Assembly: GCA_040006935.1 (NCBI GenBank)
Contig: JBDTVZ010000001.1
Location: 423,772-487,771, forward strand
Origin: Candidatus Dojkabacteria bacterium
GTDB lineage: Bacteria > Patescibacteriota > Dojkabacteria > J137
Reading direction: 5' to 3'
Length of the DNA stretch: 64,000 bases
Part shown: piece by piece, positions 40,175 through 50,150 of the stretch
How the letters are laid out: every line of letters starts with the position of its first letter
Position numbering within the stretch: position 1 is the stretch's first letter
Notes under the pieces: generated by a model
What the model saw: only the letters and a program-made list of their open reading frames with translations
Told to the model about the DNA's origin: nothing
Database searches by the model: none
Program-made: the position numbers and the translations under genes

Positions 40175-41239
40175 ATGAACGATGAAGCAAAAGAGTTAAA
40201 AGAGAAATTTCATGTTGAAACTCTAGAACAGAATCTAGAGAAGGTTTCTGCGGAGTTGGGAACTATTACTGACTATAATAGCGATGTATATGTAAGTAAA
40301 ATCAAAGAATTTAATGACGCCAGGGAATTATTTGACTCAATTAAAGAGCTCGACAAATTAGAAATTGAACTTAAATCTAATGAAGAAATGATGCAGGATA
40401 GCGAGCTTGGTAATTTTGCTAAAGAAGAGAAAGGTAGAATTATTGAAGATCTTGAGAAAGTTGTAGTTACAATTAAGAGACTTACTCAAAAACCTCTCAT
40501 TAATGATGATAAGAAAGCTATTATTGAAATTAGACCTGGTGTTGGTGGAGTTGAAGCTAGTTTGTTTGCGGAGGATTTATTTAAAATGTATTCACGATAT
40601 TGTTCTACAAAAGGTTATAAAATCGATATTTTCACGATGGATTACAATCAGGAAGGTGGAATTAAAGAAGCTACTTTTTTAATTAACGAACCTGGAAGTT
40701 ATGGAGTTTTTAGATTTGAAAGTGGTGTGCATAGAGTTCAGAGAGTTCCTAAAACAGAGGCTTTAGGAAGAATCCACACCTCTACTGCAAGTGTTGCTGC
40801 AATACCTAAATTTGAGGCTAAAGATATAAAGATTAACCCGAGCGATATTAGAATTGATGTCTATAGATCCAGTGGTCCGGGAGGTCAATCGGTTAATACA
40901 ACAGACTCTGCAGTTAGAATTACTCACTTACCTACAAAAATTATTGTGACTTGCCAAAATGGTAGATCCCAAATTCAAAATAAAGAAACAGCGATGTCTA
41001 TCCTTGCCAGTAAATTACAAGATCTTGAGGACAAGAAAAATGAGGAAGTGGAAAACAAAATAAGAGGTGATGCTATTGGAGATGCTGATAGGTCTTCTAA
41101 AATAAGAACTTATAACTTTCCACAAGGAAGAATTACAGATCATCGAATTGGCAAAAGTTGGTTTAATATTTCTCCAATTATGGATGGTGAAATTGAAGAT
41201 ATTCTTGATAGCACTTCTACTGGGTTAAGAGGGAATTAA
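40175..41239 (+). CDS. prfA: peptide chain release factor 1
   Basis: GGQ motif and PKT tripeptide anticodon (RVPKTE). Confidence 0.93.
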   Translation: MNDEAKELKEKFHVETLEQNLEKVSAELGTITDYNSDVYVSKIKEFNDARELFDSIKELDKLEIELKSNEEMMQDSELGNFAKEEKGRIIEDLEKVVVTIKRLTQKPLINDDKKAIIEIRPGVGGVEASLFAEDLFKMYSRYCSTKGYKIDIFTMDYNQEGGIKEATFLINEPGSYGVFRFESGVHRVQRVPKTEALGRIHTSTASVAAIPKFEAKDIKINPSDIRIDVYRSSGPGGQSVNTTDSAVRITHLPTKIIVTCQNGRSQIQNKETAMSILASKLQDLEDKKNEEVENKIRGDAIGDADRSSKIRTYNFPQGRITDHRIGKSWFNISPIMDGEIEDILDSTSTGLRGN

Positions 41240-41243
41240 TCGT

Positions 41244-41585
41244 GATGTCATTGCGATTCGTAGGGGAAAGATTTATCTTTCCCCTTATTCTTTTTGAATA
41301 AATAAAGCCTGAGTTTGGGTGTAAATTCTACATTTTGAAAAGGCCGTGTTACGGCCTTTTGCTTTTATTCCTCCTCCTCTTTTTAAGAGGAGGTCGGGAG
41401 GAGTTAATACCGCACCAAAAACCACAGCCAAGATCTTGTGCGGTCCTTTTTGGTATTCATAACTCCCCTAACCCCTCCCGTGTCTGCCGACAGGCAATCC
41501 CATCCTATGTTTGTGTGATTGCCACGTCGTCGCTTAAGCTCCTCCCCATGCCTGCGTGCGCAGTCAGGCAGGTCGCAATGACATC
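41244..41585. repeat. nested composite repeat (GTCATTGCGA...TCGCAATGAC element enclosing a GTAG-REP, an AGGCC palindrome and a 39-bp module)
   Basis: GATGTCATTGCGA at 41244 pairs with TCGCAATGACATC ending at 41585; the inner modules recur elsewhere. Confidence 0.8.
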
Positions 41586-42469
41586 TCATGAATATTCTCT
41601 AAAGCATCTAAATACTCTTCTACACTATTCTTTTTAGCTTCGAATAAAAGCGTGTGTATTCCTATTACTAGATGGTAAGCCTTGATTCTTTCATAATAAT
41701 TTTCTAAATTAAGTTTTGAATTACTGCTATTAAATTCTATATATTTTTGAATCAATAAGTCATTTTCCCCCCAGAAAGTTATCCAAGCCAAGTCCCACAA
41801 GAAATCTCCGTACATTGATTCGGACCAATCAATAATCCCAGAAATTTTGACATCTTTTACAATTATATTAGTTTTCCCAAAATCCCCATGTAATAAATGA
41901 AATGAGTTAGGAAGGTATTTTTTAAGATTATTAAATTGATTTAGTAAGTTATTTAAATGATCTAAATTCAAGTAACTAGCACTTTTTGAAACACCATCCC
42001 ATGAATCTTTTTCTACATATCCAGCCAGAGTATCTATCCAGGAATTATCAGGAGCGATCATATCTTTATTCCATTTCCCGAATCTTGACGTTGATATCTC
42101 TGATGTATGAATAGAATTCATTGATTCGATTAATGAAGATATTAATCTTTCTTGAGACGATTCATTTAGTTTTGACATTTGAACTCCCTCTACTCTTCTT
42201 GAAATTGAAAAGGAATAGTCCTCAAAGTGTCCATTTAATAATATTTTTGGCGTTAATATATGCGGGAATTTTCTATGGATAATATCTTCCTTATCAAACC
42301 CTAAAGAAGTTTTATTATTAACCCTTAATATTAAATCCTGGTCATCTGCTTTGAAAGAAAATGCTTGAGAGAATTCCCCGGAAGTTATAATTTCAAGATC
42401 TGAAATCGAATCAAACTTTGAATGTAATAATTCTTGAATTTTTTGTATTTCTATTTGTGTTTTAAACAT
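41564..42469 (-). CDS. aminoglycoside phosphotransferase (APH)/choline kinase family protein
   Basis: GEFSQAFSF, LLHGDFGKTN, GIIDWSE. Confidence 0.85.
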   Translation of the reverse strand: MFKTQIEIQKIQELLHSKFDSISDLEIITSGEFSQAFSFKADDQDLILRVNNKTSLGFDKEDIIHRKFPHILTPKILLNGHFEDYSFSISRRVEGVQMSKLNESSQERLISSLIESMNSIHTSEISTSRFGKWNKDMIAPDNSWIDTLAGYVEKDSWDGVSKSASYLNLDHLNNLLNQFNNLKKYLPNSFHLLHGDFGKTNIIVKDVKISGIIDWSESMYGDFLWDLAWITFWGENDLLIQKYIEFNSSNSKLNLENYYERIKAYHLVIGIHTLLFEAKKNSVEEYLDALENIHEMSLRPA

Positions 42470-42515
42470 AAATTTATATTAGCATCAAAAATATAAACCA
42501 GTGTTAAAATAAATT

Positions 42516-43115
42516 ATGGAAGAAAGACATCTATACCAAACTCGAGGAACAAGAAGATTTTATGAGGCAAGGAGAACTTTTATCAATTCTCTGGGGTATA
42601 GAGATATTCAACAATTACAGGAAGAAACTTTTTCTAAAGGAGAATCTCCAGTAAGACTTTCCCATATTCTCGAGTATTATATTCCCTTATTAATAAAGCA
42701 AGGGATTGTATGTAGAATTGCTGGGAAAGAAAATTATGTGATTCAATCAGCTGAAAATAGTGAATTATGGTTTTGCACTACAGAAGACCTTGGATATAAC
42801 AACTTAGCTGAGGGTTCAAGAGGTGCATACATTAGAAACTACGTTATTCATCCTGATTTTATTAATTTTATAAATAAACATAGAAACCGAGATCATAATA
42901 TTCCTGAAGGAGCTGTCGAGATTAATAAATTCCTTACCGATTATTGTTCTGAGAGAGGAATTAACATCCCTAGGGCTACTATTCAAAGTGCTAGAAACCA
43001 AGGTAATATAAAAGTCTTAGCAAAAGGACCTCGAAATGTTACTTATGGTGATAAAAATGATCTTATTAGGTACGCCGAGAACTATATTCAGAGAATTACT
43101 ACTGAGGAGCCTTAA
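42516..43115 (+). CDS. hypothetical protein, possible C-terminal HTH
   Basis: 199 aa; TGtTAAAAT 5 nt upstream; IPRATIQSARNQGNI resembles a MerR/excisionase-type HTH. Confidence 0.6.
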   Translation: MEERHLYQTRGTRRFYEARRTFINSLGYRDIQQLQEETFSKGESPVRLSHILEYYIPLLIKQGIVCRIAGKENYVIQSAENSELWFCTTEDLGYNNLAEGSRGAYIRNYVIHPDFINFINKHRNRDHNIPEGAVEINKFLTDYCSERGINIPRATIQSARNQGNIKVLAKGPRNVTYGDKNDLIRYAENYIQRITTEEP

Positions 43116-44355
43116 TCACTTCCAATGCTTTCTCCAACTGTTTATCGTGGCCAGCTTTGAATTCATCTAGGTTAAAATCTACTTCAAAATCGGGCTTAAT
43201 TGGCTCTGTAGCCGTTACTTGTCTTCCTGTTGGAGATAACCACTTCTGGAACACCAAAATTAATAAACTGCCATCATTGAAGTTATCTAAAAGTTCCTGC
43301 TCTACTCCTTTTCCCACAGTTGGTTTTCCTACAACTTTTCCTCTTCCATTATCTTGTACTGCTGCTGTAAATATTTCTGACGCAGATGCGCTTCCTTCGT
43401 TTACCAAAACAACTAAAGGTAAGTTCTCAAAAGATCCAGTTCGTTCATCTTTATAAACTACAGTATCCAGGCCTTTTTGAGACTCCATCATCAAAACAGT
43501 TTCTTTCTTAAAGAATTCATCCATTACATATCTAACGGATAGCACATAGCCACCTGGATTATTCCTTAAGTCCATTATGATAGATTTAGGCTTATCCGTG
43601 GAAGTCATGATTTTATTTACATTATCGTCCCAAGCTTTATTAAAGTCCTCAGGAGTTTTATCTATAAATTGTGTAATTATTATTCTATATACACCATCAC
43701 CTTCGTATTTATAAGAAATATTTGAAACTGCAATCTTCTCTCTGGTAATATCAAATTCCTTCGTTTCAGTTGTAGATTTTCTAAAGACTTTTACTTTCAC
43801 ACTAGTTCCAGCTTTCCCTCGTATTTTTGTTGCTACTTCGTCGGGGAGTTTGCCATCTACTTTTTCTCCATTTACCTCTAGTAAAATATCTCCAGTTAAA
43901 AGTCCTGCTTTTTCTGCAGGATATCCTGCGAGGACAGTTTCTGCCTCAGTATTTCCCTCATTAAACGTTAAAACAACACCAATGCCTTCGAATGAAGGAT
44001 CTTTAGCATCATTGTATGCTTTTGCCTCGTCAGGTGAGAGAAAACTAGTGTATTTGTCTCCTAAAGATGAAATTATTCCTTTAGCAATACCATGTGTTAA
44101 GTCTCCGGAAGATGGAACATCGTTAATATATTTATCTTTTATAGTTTTTAAAAGGCTATCTATGTACCCCTGATCATAAGCTCCTGTTACTGAAGTATTC
44201 GATTGATAATTCTGTGTTTGCCTAGAAGAAGTTATTGCTAAAGTTAATAAAGCACCAATTCCTATTCCTAATACTAAAGTAATAGTAATCAAGGTAGGTA
44301 GAATATGCATTCTGGAGTTATTTTTTTTATACTCCTCTATTGTATCGTTAATCAT
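43099..44355 (-). CDS. ctpA: S41 carboxyl-terminal processing protease with PDZ domain
   Basis: DLRNNPGG, SASASEI, TVGKG. Confidence 0.92.
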   Translation of the reverse strand: MINDTIEEYKKNNSRMHILPTLITITLVLGIGIGALLTLAITSSRQTQNYQSNTSVTGAYDQGYIDSLLKTIKDKYINDVPSSGDLTHGIAKGIISSLGDKYTSFLSPDEAKAYNDAKDPSFEGIGVVLTFNEGNTEAETVLAGYPAEKAGLLTGDILLEVNGEKVDGKLPDEVATKIRGKAGTSVKVKVFRKSTTETKEFDITREKIAVSNISYKYEGDGVYRIIITQFIDKTPEDFNKAWDDNVNKIMTSTDKPKSIIMDLRNNPGGYVLSVRYVMDEFFKKETVLMMESQKGLDTVVYKDERTGSFENLPLVVLVNEGSASASEIFTAAVQDNGRGKVVGKPTVGKGVEQELLDNFNDGSLLILVFQKWLSPTGRQVTATEPIKPDFEVDFNLDEFKAGHDKQLEKALEVIKAPQ

Positions 44356-44464
44356 GGGAATAAATTTAAAGACGCTAAGAATAAAGATACCTCAAATATA
44401 TTAATATTTCAATATGAAGTTTGTGTGAAGAAAATCAGTCTTAAAGTTCACACTGAAGAAGGTT

Positions 44465-44947
44465 CTATTCAAATATAGTAACACCAACTCCACCCTGTGC
44501 TGAATGATCAGATGCATGCCTGTATATATAGATATCAATTTGGCCCCCTGGTCTTCCAACCAGTCTAAATCTATTTTCTGAATGCCAAGCAATTGTTGAT
44601 TCTGCTTCCTCTAATAATTTTAAAATTGCCTCGTCACAAATAATAGTAATTACTTCGTCTTCACTCCTTCCTTGGTTAACTTCAATAGTATGGTCAATTA
44701 CTTCAATTGGTGATCTATTTAAAGGAATCATGCCTGTATAGGATAATTTTAATTGAAATGCACCATCCTTATGGGTTGTTGAAAGTCCATTTCTCCCAAA
44801 AAATCTACCACTTATTGGCTCATGAATAATCCCATGAACATAACCCCTAATACTTTCTGAGGCTATCGTATTTCTTATCATAAACTTAAGAGTTAGTTCC
44901 GCGTTCGTAATTGCCAAACCACTTGGCATACTTTCTATATTATCCAT
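44465..44947 (-). CDS. hypothetical protein
   Basis: 160 aa ORF; no motif recognised. Confidence 0.6.
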   Translation of the reverse strand: MDNIESMPSGLAITNAELTLKFMIRNTIASESIRGYVHGIIHEPISGRFFGRNGLSTTHKDGAFQLKLSYTGMIPLNRSPIEVIDHTIEVNQGRSEDEVITIICDEAILKLLEEAESTIAWHSENRFRLVGRPGGQIDIYIYRHASDHSAQGGVGVTIFE

Positions 44948-45095
44948 TAGTAATATTTAATAATAGCCGGAGTTTATCATATTAATTCTTCAAGATTCAA
45001 TATACAAATGTGGGTAGAAATTTTATGAAAAATTAGGAATAAGAAAACCGAAACTTAAAGCTACTAACTTCAAATTTCGGTTTTTTAGAATTTAC

Positions 45096-45335
45096 TTATA
45101 CGTATTGTACGTATGGAATTAATCCAATGTATCTAGCTCTTTTGATTGATACTGCAAGTTTTCTTTGGCACTTTGCAGAAACTCCAGTTTTTTCTGTTGG
45201 AAGGATTCTTCCTCTAGTAGTTATATACTTCTTTAAAGTCTGGACATCTTTATAATCAATCTTACTTGGATCTCCATTAAATGGATCCGTAGGTTTTACT
45301 TGAACTATTATTCTTTTTTTTACTTTCTTCTTCAT
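45096..45335 (-). CDS. rpsR: 30S ribosomal protein S18
   Basis: [22 protein letters not shown]. Confidence 0.96.
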   Translation of the reverse strand: MKKKVKKRIIVQVKPTDPFNGDPSKIDYKDVQTLKKYITTRGRILPTEKTGVSAKCQRKLAVSIKRARYIGLIPYVQYV

Positions 45336-45356
45336 AATAATCTTACTGTTTAAATA

Positions 45357-45839
45357 TTAGAATAAATCTTCACTTTTAAATTCATCTACTTCCGCTTCTA
45401 CAGGAACTTCTGGTGTTACTACTTCCTCAGTATGTGTTGCCTCTGAATGAACAGCTTCCTCTCCATTCTTTGCTACATCTACCCCTACTCCTCTCTTTCC
45501 TTTGCTATCTAGCAAATACATATCGTTTAATTTTATTTCAGTTCTATAGAATTTCTTTCCATCTTCTCCATCAAATACTCTATTTCTTAATTCTCCTTCA
45601 GCATAAATCAACATTCCTGTATCTAATACCATTGCACAAATTTCTGCTAATTTATTGAAAGCTATTAAGTTATGATATTCTGCTTTCTCTTTAATTTGAC
45701 CATCTTTATCTTTCCAACTTGTATTTGTAGCAATTCCGAAAGAACAAATTTGAACTCCTCCTGATGTTTCTTTTAATACTGGGCTTCTTGTTAAGTTTCC
45801 AATCAACATTACCTTATTAAGTGATCTAGACTTTGACAT
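45357..45839 (-). CDS. ssb: single-stranded DNA-binding protein
   Basis: LNKVMLIGNLTR; acidic tail ending EDLF. Confidence 0.95.
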   Translation of the reverse strand: MSKSRSLNKVMLIGNLTRSPVLKETSGGVQICSFGIATNTSWKDKDGQIKEKAEYHNLIAFNKLAEICAMVLDTGMLIYAEGELRNRVFDGEDGKKFYRTEIKLNDMYLLDSKGKRGVGVDVAKNGEEAVHSEATHTEEVVTPEVPVEAEVDEFKSEDLF

Positions 45840-45865
45840 ATGTAATCAATAATAAAATAAAAATC

Positions 45866-46153
45866 TTATAGTGAATCTTCTGTTACTCTTAAGAATCTTA
45901 AAATATCTGTATTTAGGCTTAAATATCTATCTAATGCAGCTACATTCTTTGGACTCATATTTAACTTAGAGAAAATATAAAAACCTTCCTTATTACCTTT
46001 AATTGAATAAGATAGTAGTCTTTTTCCTAAGAAATTAAACTTACTCAGTTTTCCCTCTAAATCTTTTACTGTTTTTTCTAGTTTTTGGACAACTTTTTCT
46101 TTAATTTCTTCGTTGCTCAAAGGCTTCACAACTAATGCTAATTCGTACTTCAT
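45866..46153 (-). CDS. rpsF: 30S ribosomal protein S6
   Basis: MKYEL, GKRLLSYSIK, ILRFL; start set at ATG 46153. Confidence 0.93.
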   Translation of the reverse strand: MKYELALVVKPLSNEEIKEKVVQKLEKTVKDLEGKLSKFNFLGKRLLSYSIKGNKEGFYIFSKLNMSPKNVAALDRYLSLNTDILRFLRVTEDSL

Positions 46154-46297
46154 ATATAAATGTAACTTTAATAAAATATTCGAACAAGGTGAATTATACA
46201 CTAAACACTGGGAAATATACAAACCCATTCATAGAAAATTCGAAATACGAAGATCGAAAGAATGACCTTTTCGAATTTCGTTTTTCGAGTTTCGAAT

Positions 46298-46903
46298 TTA
46301 AAACTTCACTCTACTTTTTAAAGACTCTCCTAGCGTTTGAGATGAAATAAATTCAATATCAGAACCACTTGATATTCCTTTTGCTAGTTGACTAAACTCT
46401 ATTGCTGGGTTGATTTTTACGATTTCGGATTTTATATACATACTTGTAGAATCTCCTTCTATTGTTGGGTTAAGAGAGAATATTATTTCCTTTATAGACT
46501 CATCGGACTTAACCCGGGATAGCAAAGAACTTATATTAATGTCGCTTACACTAATCCCATTAATAGGGGAAATGAGCCCTCCTAAAACATGATAGGTTCC
46601 CTCAAAACTGCCCGAAGATTCAAAGTTATATAAATCTAAAGAATCCTCAACAACCATAATTACAGATTTATCTCTTTTTTCATTTGAGCAAATCTCGCAA
46701 ATATCTGAGTCTGTGATGTTTCCGCAAATGCTGCACTGCCTTAAGGAAGAAAGTGATTCCTCAATTGCTACAGAAAGTTTTTTAGCTAAAGGCTTTGCAT
46801 TTACTGTCAAGTAAAGAGCTAAGCGGTTAGACAGTTTAGGACCAACACCTGGTAAACTTGCAAAACTGTCCGATAAATTTAGAATTTGTTTTGGTAAACC
46901 CAC
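46298..46903 (-). CDS. recR: recombination mediator RecR
   Basis: LPGVGPK, CSICGN...CEIC, YHVLGG, PTIEGD. Confidence 0.95.
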   Translation of the reverse strand: MGLPKQILNLSDSFASLPGVGPKLSNRLALYLTVNAKPLAKKLSVAIEESLSSLRQCSICGNITDSDICEICSNEKRDKSVIMVVEDSLDLYNFESSGSFEGTYHVLGGLISPINGISVSDINISSLLSRVKSDESIKEIIFSLNPTIEGDSTSMYIKSEIVKINPAIEFSQLAKGISSGSDIEFISSQTLGESLKSRVKF

Positions 46904-46952
46904 GTGATATAGTTTTAATGTTTAAACGTTCTAACCCTTTGAACCAAATTTA

Positions 46953-47273
46953 TTAATTCCCCGATAACATTTCCTTAATCTTATCCATACTAGTATTAGC
47001 AGAGAGTTCTTTTTCTAGAGACTTTCTCGCATCTTCATTTGCATTTACAACATTCTTTTCTATTAGCCTTGCGATCTTTTCTATTAACTTATTATCCTCT
47101 ATTCCCAATTCTTCTTTTAATTCTGATCTAATTACTTTTGCTTCTTTTGTAGCGTAAAGTCCATTGAAAATTACACCTAAAGAACCACCCTTACCTACAG
47201 CCTTAACTGCAGACATAGAGTTTCGTGCTTGCATTGCTTTTTGTACCATTTTTGCTTGATCTATCATTCCCAT
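46953..47273 (-). CDS. YbaB/EbfC family nucleoid-associated protein (divergent)
   Basis: between dnaX and recR; M/Q-rich N-terminus from ATG 47273. Confidence 0.65.
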   Translation of the reverse strand: MGMIDQAKMVQKAMQARNSMSAVKAVGKGGSLGVIFNGLYATKEAKVIRSELKEELGIEDNKLIEKIARLIEKNVVNANEDARKSLEKELSANTSMDKIKEMLSGN

Positions 47274-47368
47274 TTTTATTAAATTAATAATTAAGATTAT
47301 AAACCTGACTGCCATGCCTTCGGCAGATAAACCGGTAGGCAAGTTAAGAGAACTTAGTCTCTATTTTA

Positions 47369-48889
47369 TTACAACAAATTAGCAATCAATTCTGAATTAT
47401 CTATTTCTACAATTTCACTATTCTCTATTCTCTTTCCTACTTCCTGAGTATTAGCATTTGGCATTTGCGATTCATTTATTTCTGCCTCATCCAAAACAAA
47501 CTTTACTTCCTGCAACTCATTTGAAACCTCTTTAGAATTAACCAGAATGAATTTAACATGATCTGGTTTATTTAGAAAAGCAATATTAAATTTTGAACTA
47601 TTAATTATTTTAACCTTAAATCCATCAATTACTATTTCAGAACTATTCAACAAGGCTTTAAATCTAGCAGAAACGCTACCTGCTCTACTTACCAGATAAT
47701 TTTTAATATCAGAAATAGTTGCTGATGACTGGTTGCTGATTACGGGTTGCAAGTTACCTTCCCGCCCTCCTTCCTCGGGAACAGGTGTGTTGGTTGCTGG
47801 TTTTGAAATTGGTAGATCAACTTCATTTCTTTCATTTTTACCATTTTGTCCTCGCTGATTATCTCCTGCTTCGCATATTCTTATCAAAGCAATCTCAAAT
47901 ACTGTTTTTTTATTTGGGAATTCTTTCATTTCTCGCTTGGAAATTATTAACTGACTTGTTAATTGCATCAGTTTTAAAAGTTCAGATTTATTCGAAGCAT
48001 TTTTTAAGAGCTCTTCTCTAAGCTTATCCAGTAATTGATCTATCAGAAAATTTAAATCACCACCATTCTGAATTATAGTTTCTGCCATTTCTAAACTCTT
48101 AGCTAAATCTTTATCTAAAAGATAGTTCATTAAACTAGCTATATCTTCATCTGAGATTAATCCAAGAATCTTATACACACTCTCCATCGTTACACTATTG
48201 TTCTGATTCATTACTAATACTTTTCCAAGTAAACTCTCGGCATCTCTATAACTCCCACCGGACTTCCGATAGATTACCTCAAGAACATCGTCTCCAATTT
48301 CTACCCCCTCACTTGTACAAATGAGTTTGAGTTTGGATTTTACTTCGTCTAAAGTCCCTAGGCCAAAGTCGTATCGCTGAACACGAGATAGGATTGTAAT
48401 AGGTAACTTATGCGGTTCCGTAGTAGCAAACATAAATACTATATGCTCAGGTGGTTCTTCTAATGTTTTTAAAAGTGCATTAAAAGCTTCTTTTGTAAGC
48501 ATGTGTGCTTCGTCGATAATATAGACTTTTTTCTTAAGCATACTTGGAACAAAGTCTACAGTTGATTTTAGATCTCTAATTTCATCAACACCTCTATTAG
48601 AAGCTGCATCCATTTCCACAACATCAGTAGTTTGCATAGAAGCAATCGCGACACAATTTACACACTCATTACAAACATCATTGTTTTTAGAGAAATTAGT
48701 ACAGTTTATTGCCTTGGCATAAATTCTAGCAATAGAAGTTTTTCCCGTTCCTCGAGCTCCAGTGAATAAATATGAGTGAGATATACGATCCTGCAAAACA
48801 GACTGCTTTAAAGTCTCTACAATTTCTTTTTGGCCAATAATTTCGCCAAAAGTCCTTGCTCTGTATTTTCGGTAAAGTACCTCTGCCAT
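47369..48889 (-). CDS. dnaX: DNA polymerase III subunit gamma/tau
   Basis: LYRKYR, GARGTGKTS, IDEAHML, NALLKTLEEPP. Confidence 0.96.
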   Translation of the reverse strand: MAEVLYRKYRARTFGEIIGQKEIVETLKQSVLQDRISHSYLFTGARGTGKTSIARIYAKAINCTNFSKNNDVCNECVNCVAIASMQTTDVVEMDAASNRGVDEIRDLKSTVDFVPSMLKKKVYIIDEAHMLTKEAFNALLKTLEEPPEHIVFMFATTEPHKLPITILSRVQRYDFGLGTLDEVKSKLKLICTSEGVEIGDDVLEVIYRKSGGSYRDAESLLGKVLVMNQNNSVTMESVYKILGLISDEDIASLMNYLLDKDLAKSLEMAETIIQNGGDLNFLIDQLLDKLREELLKNASNKSELLKLMQLTSQLIISKREMKEFPNKKTVFEIALIRICEAGDNQRGQNGKNERNEVDLPISKPATNTPVPEEGGREGNLQPVISNQSSATISDIKNYLVSRAGSVSARFKALLNSSEIVIDGFKVKIINSSKFNIAFLNKPDHVKFILVNSKEVSNELQEVKFVLDEAEINESQMPNANTQEVGKRIENSEIVEIDNSELIANLL

Positions 48890-48965
48890 GGAAAGTTTTT
48901 AGTTTAAGTTATTAGTTTAAAAATTATACCTTAAATTTTAGTTTTTTAAGAAAAAGAATAATTTA

Positions 48966-49448
48966 TTTGCCTTAATTAGGCTTAAAGTTAGCCTTAGGAA
49001 AAGGCCGTGTTACGTCCTAATTCTTATGTCATTTCTAGCAAGTATTCCCCTCTTTTTAACCTGCCCGCCAAATAAAAACTTTCAGATAGTTTACTTAGGC
49101 AGGCGGGGATGGGTTAGAGGAGTTATGAATATCAAAAAGGACCGCACAAAATCTTTGATTTAGTTTTGGTGCGGTAGAAATCCTCCGTCCAGCTAAAACT
49201 GGCCACCTCCTTTAAAAAGGAGGAATTCTCCCTTTACCTGACAATAGACAGGTTAAAAGGAGAGGTATTCATTCGTAGGGGACGCATTTATGCGTCCCTC
49301 GTTAAGTGCCACGCCAAAGAGTAATCCAACTTCATGCGGTATTAAACAGTCACGCTCAAAAGATGAGGTGGTACTGTCATGAATAGCATAATATCTTTGT
49401 ATTACGTAGATGAGATTGCTTCTCCGCCAAGGCGGATCGCAATGACAT
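48966..49448. repeat. large intergenic mosaic of palindromic repeats
   Basis: AGGCCGTGTTACGTCCT (49002), 38-bp module (49139-49176), GTAG-REP (49275-49299), GATTGC...CGCAATGAC half (49414-49448). Confidence 0.8.
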
Positions 49449-49464
49449 TTCAACTCCCAACGAT

Positions 49465-49488
49465 AAAAAAAGACCCGAAAGGGTCTTT
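49465..49488. terminator. bidirectional intrinsic terminator
   Basis: A-tract-GACCC-GAAA-GGGTC-T-tract. Confidence 0.75.
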
Positions 49489-49505
49489 TAAATTCTTATT
49501 TTAAA

Positions 49506-49759
49506 TTATTCATTTACAATCAAGTTTCCTTCCATATCAAGCTTTTCTCCAGTTGGGTATAATATTCCATTTGCATCTGGAAACATGACTTTTATAAGTG
49601 GGAGCAATTCTGTTATTTGATACATCGCAGGGTTATTACTAGCATACATATAGTAGTTAATTCCAACAACAAACCCATCTGGATTAATTGATAACATTTT
49701 CCCATTATCTGCCTTTAATTTACATAACCTATAAGAAGTTTTGGCTCTGAGGTATCCAT
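49506..49759 (-). pseudogene. small hypothetical gene with an apparent 1-bp frameshift
   Basis: ATG 49759 frame MDTSEPKLLIGYV stops; the neighbouring frame continues KLKADNGKMLSINPDG... Confidence 0.35.
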
Positions 49760-49786
49760 ATAAAAAAATTTAAAATTAATTTGCAA

Positions 49787-49993
49787 TTATTTATTTCGAT
49801 TCCTTCTTGCTGCAGACCTTCGTCTTCTTTTCATCTTAGCAAATACTTTCTTTTGAGCATGTACTTTAGCAGTTTTAGGAACAAAAAATCTTCTTTCCTC
49901 TCTCTTCTCTAAAACACCTTCTCGTGTAGCTTCTCTCCAAAGCAATCTTAGAGCTAAATCTATTGACATATCATCGTGTACAACTACTGACAT
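49787..49993 (-). CDS. rpsU: 30S ribosomal protein S21
   Basis: SIDLALRLL...GVL...RRFFVPK; Arg-rich tail. Confidence 0.85.
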   Translation of the reverse strand: MSVVVHDDMSIDLALRLLWREATREGVLEKREERRFFVPKTAKVHAQKKVFAKMKRRRRSAARRNRNK

Positions 49994-50150
49994 ATTAAAT
50001 TTAATTATAAATTAAGGATTATGAATTAAAAGAAATTTACTTCTAATTCAGGCTGAGTGATTTTAATTGATTTCCTACGATTTTACAAGTATTTATATCT
50101 TTTTTGATATTCCTCTCTTAATTATTAATTGATAATTCTTAATTTTAGAA

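Noticed and set aside
41335-41637. ORF-track ORFs over repeat mosaics (also 49253-49453, 55930-56266)
   Set aside because: They are translations of palindromic repeats (CHCE/IAT-type strings) with no coding context
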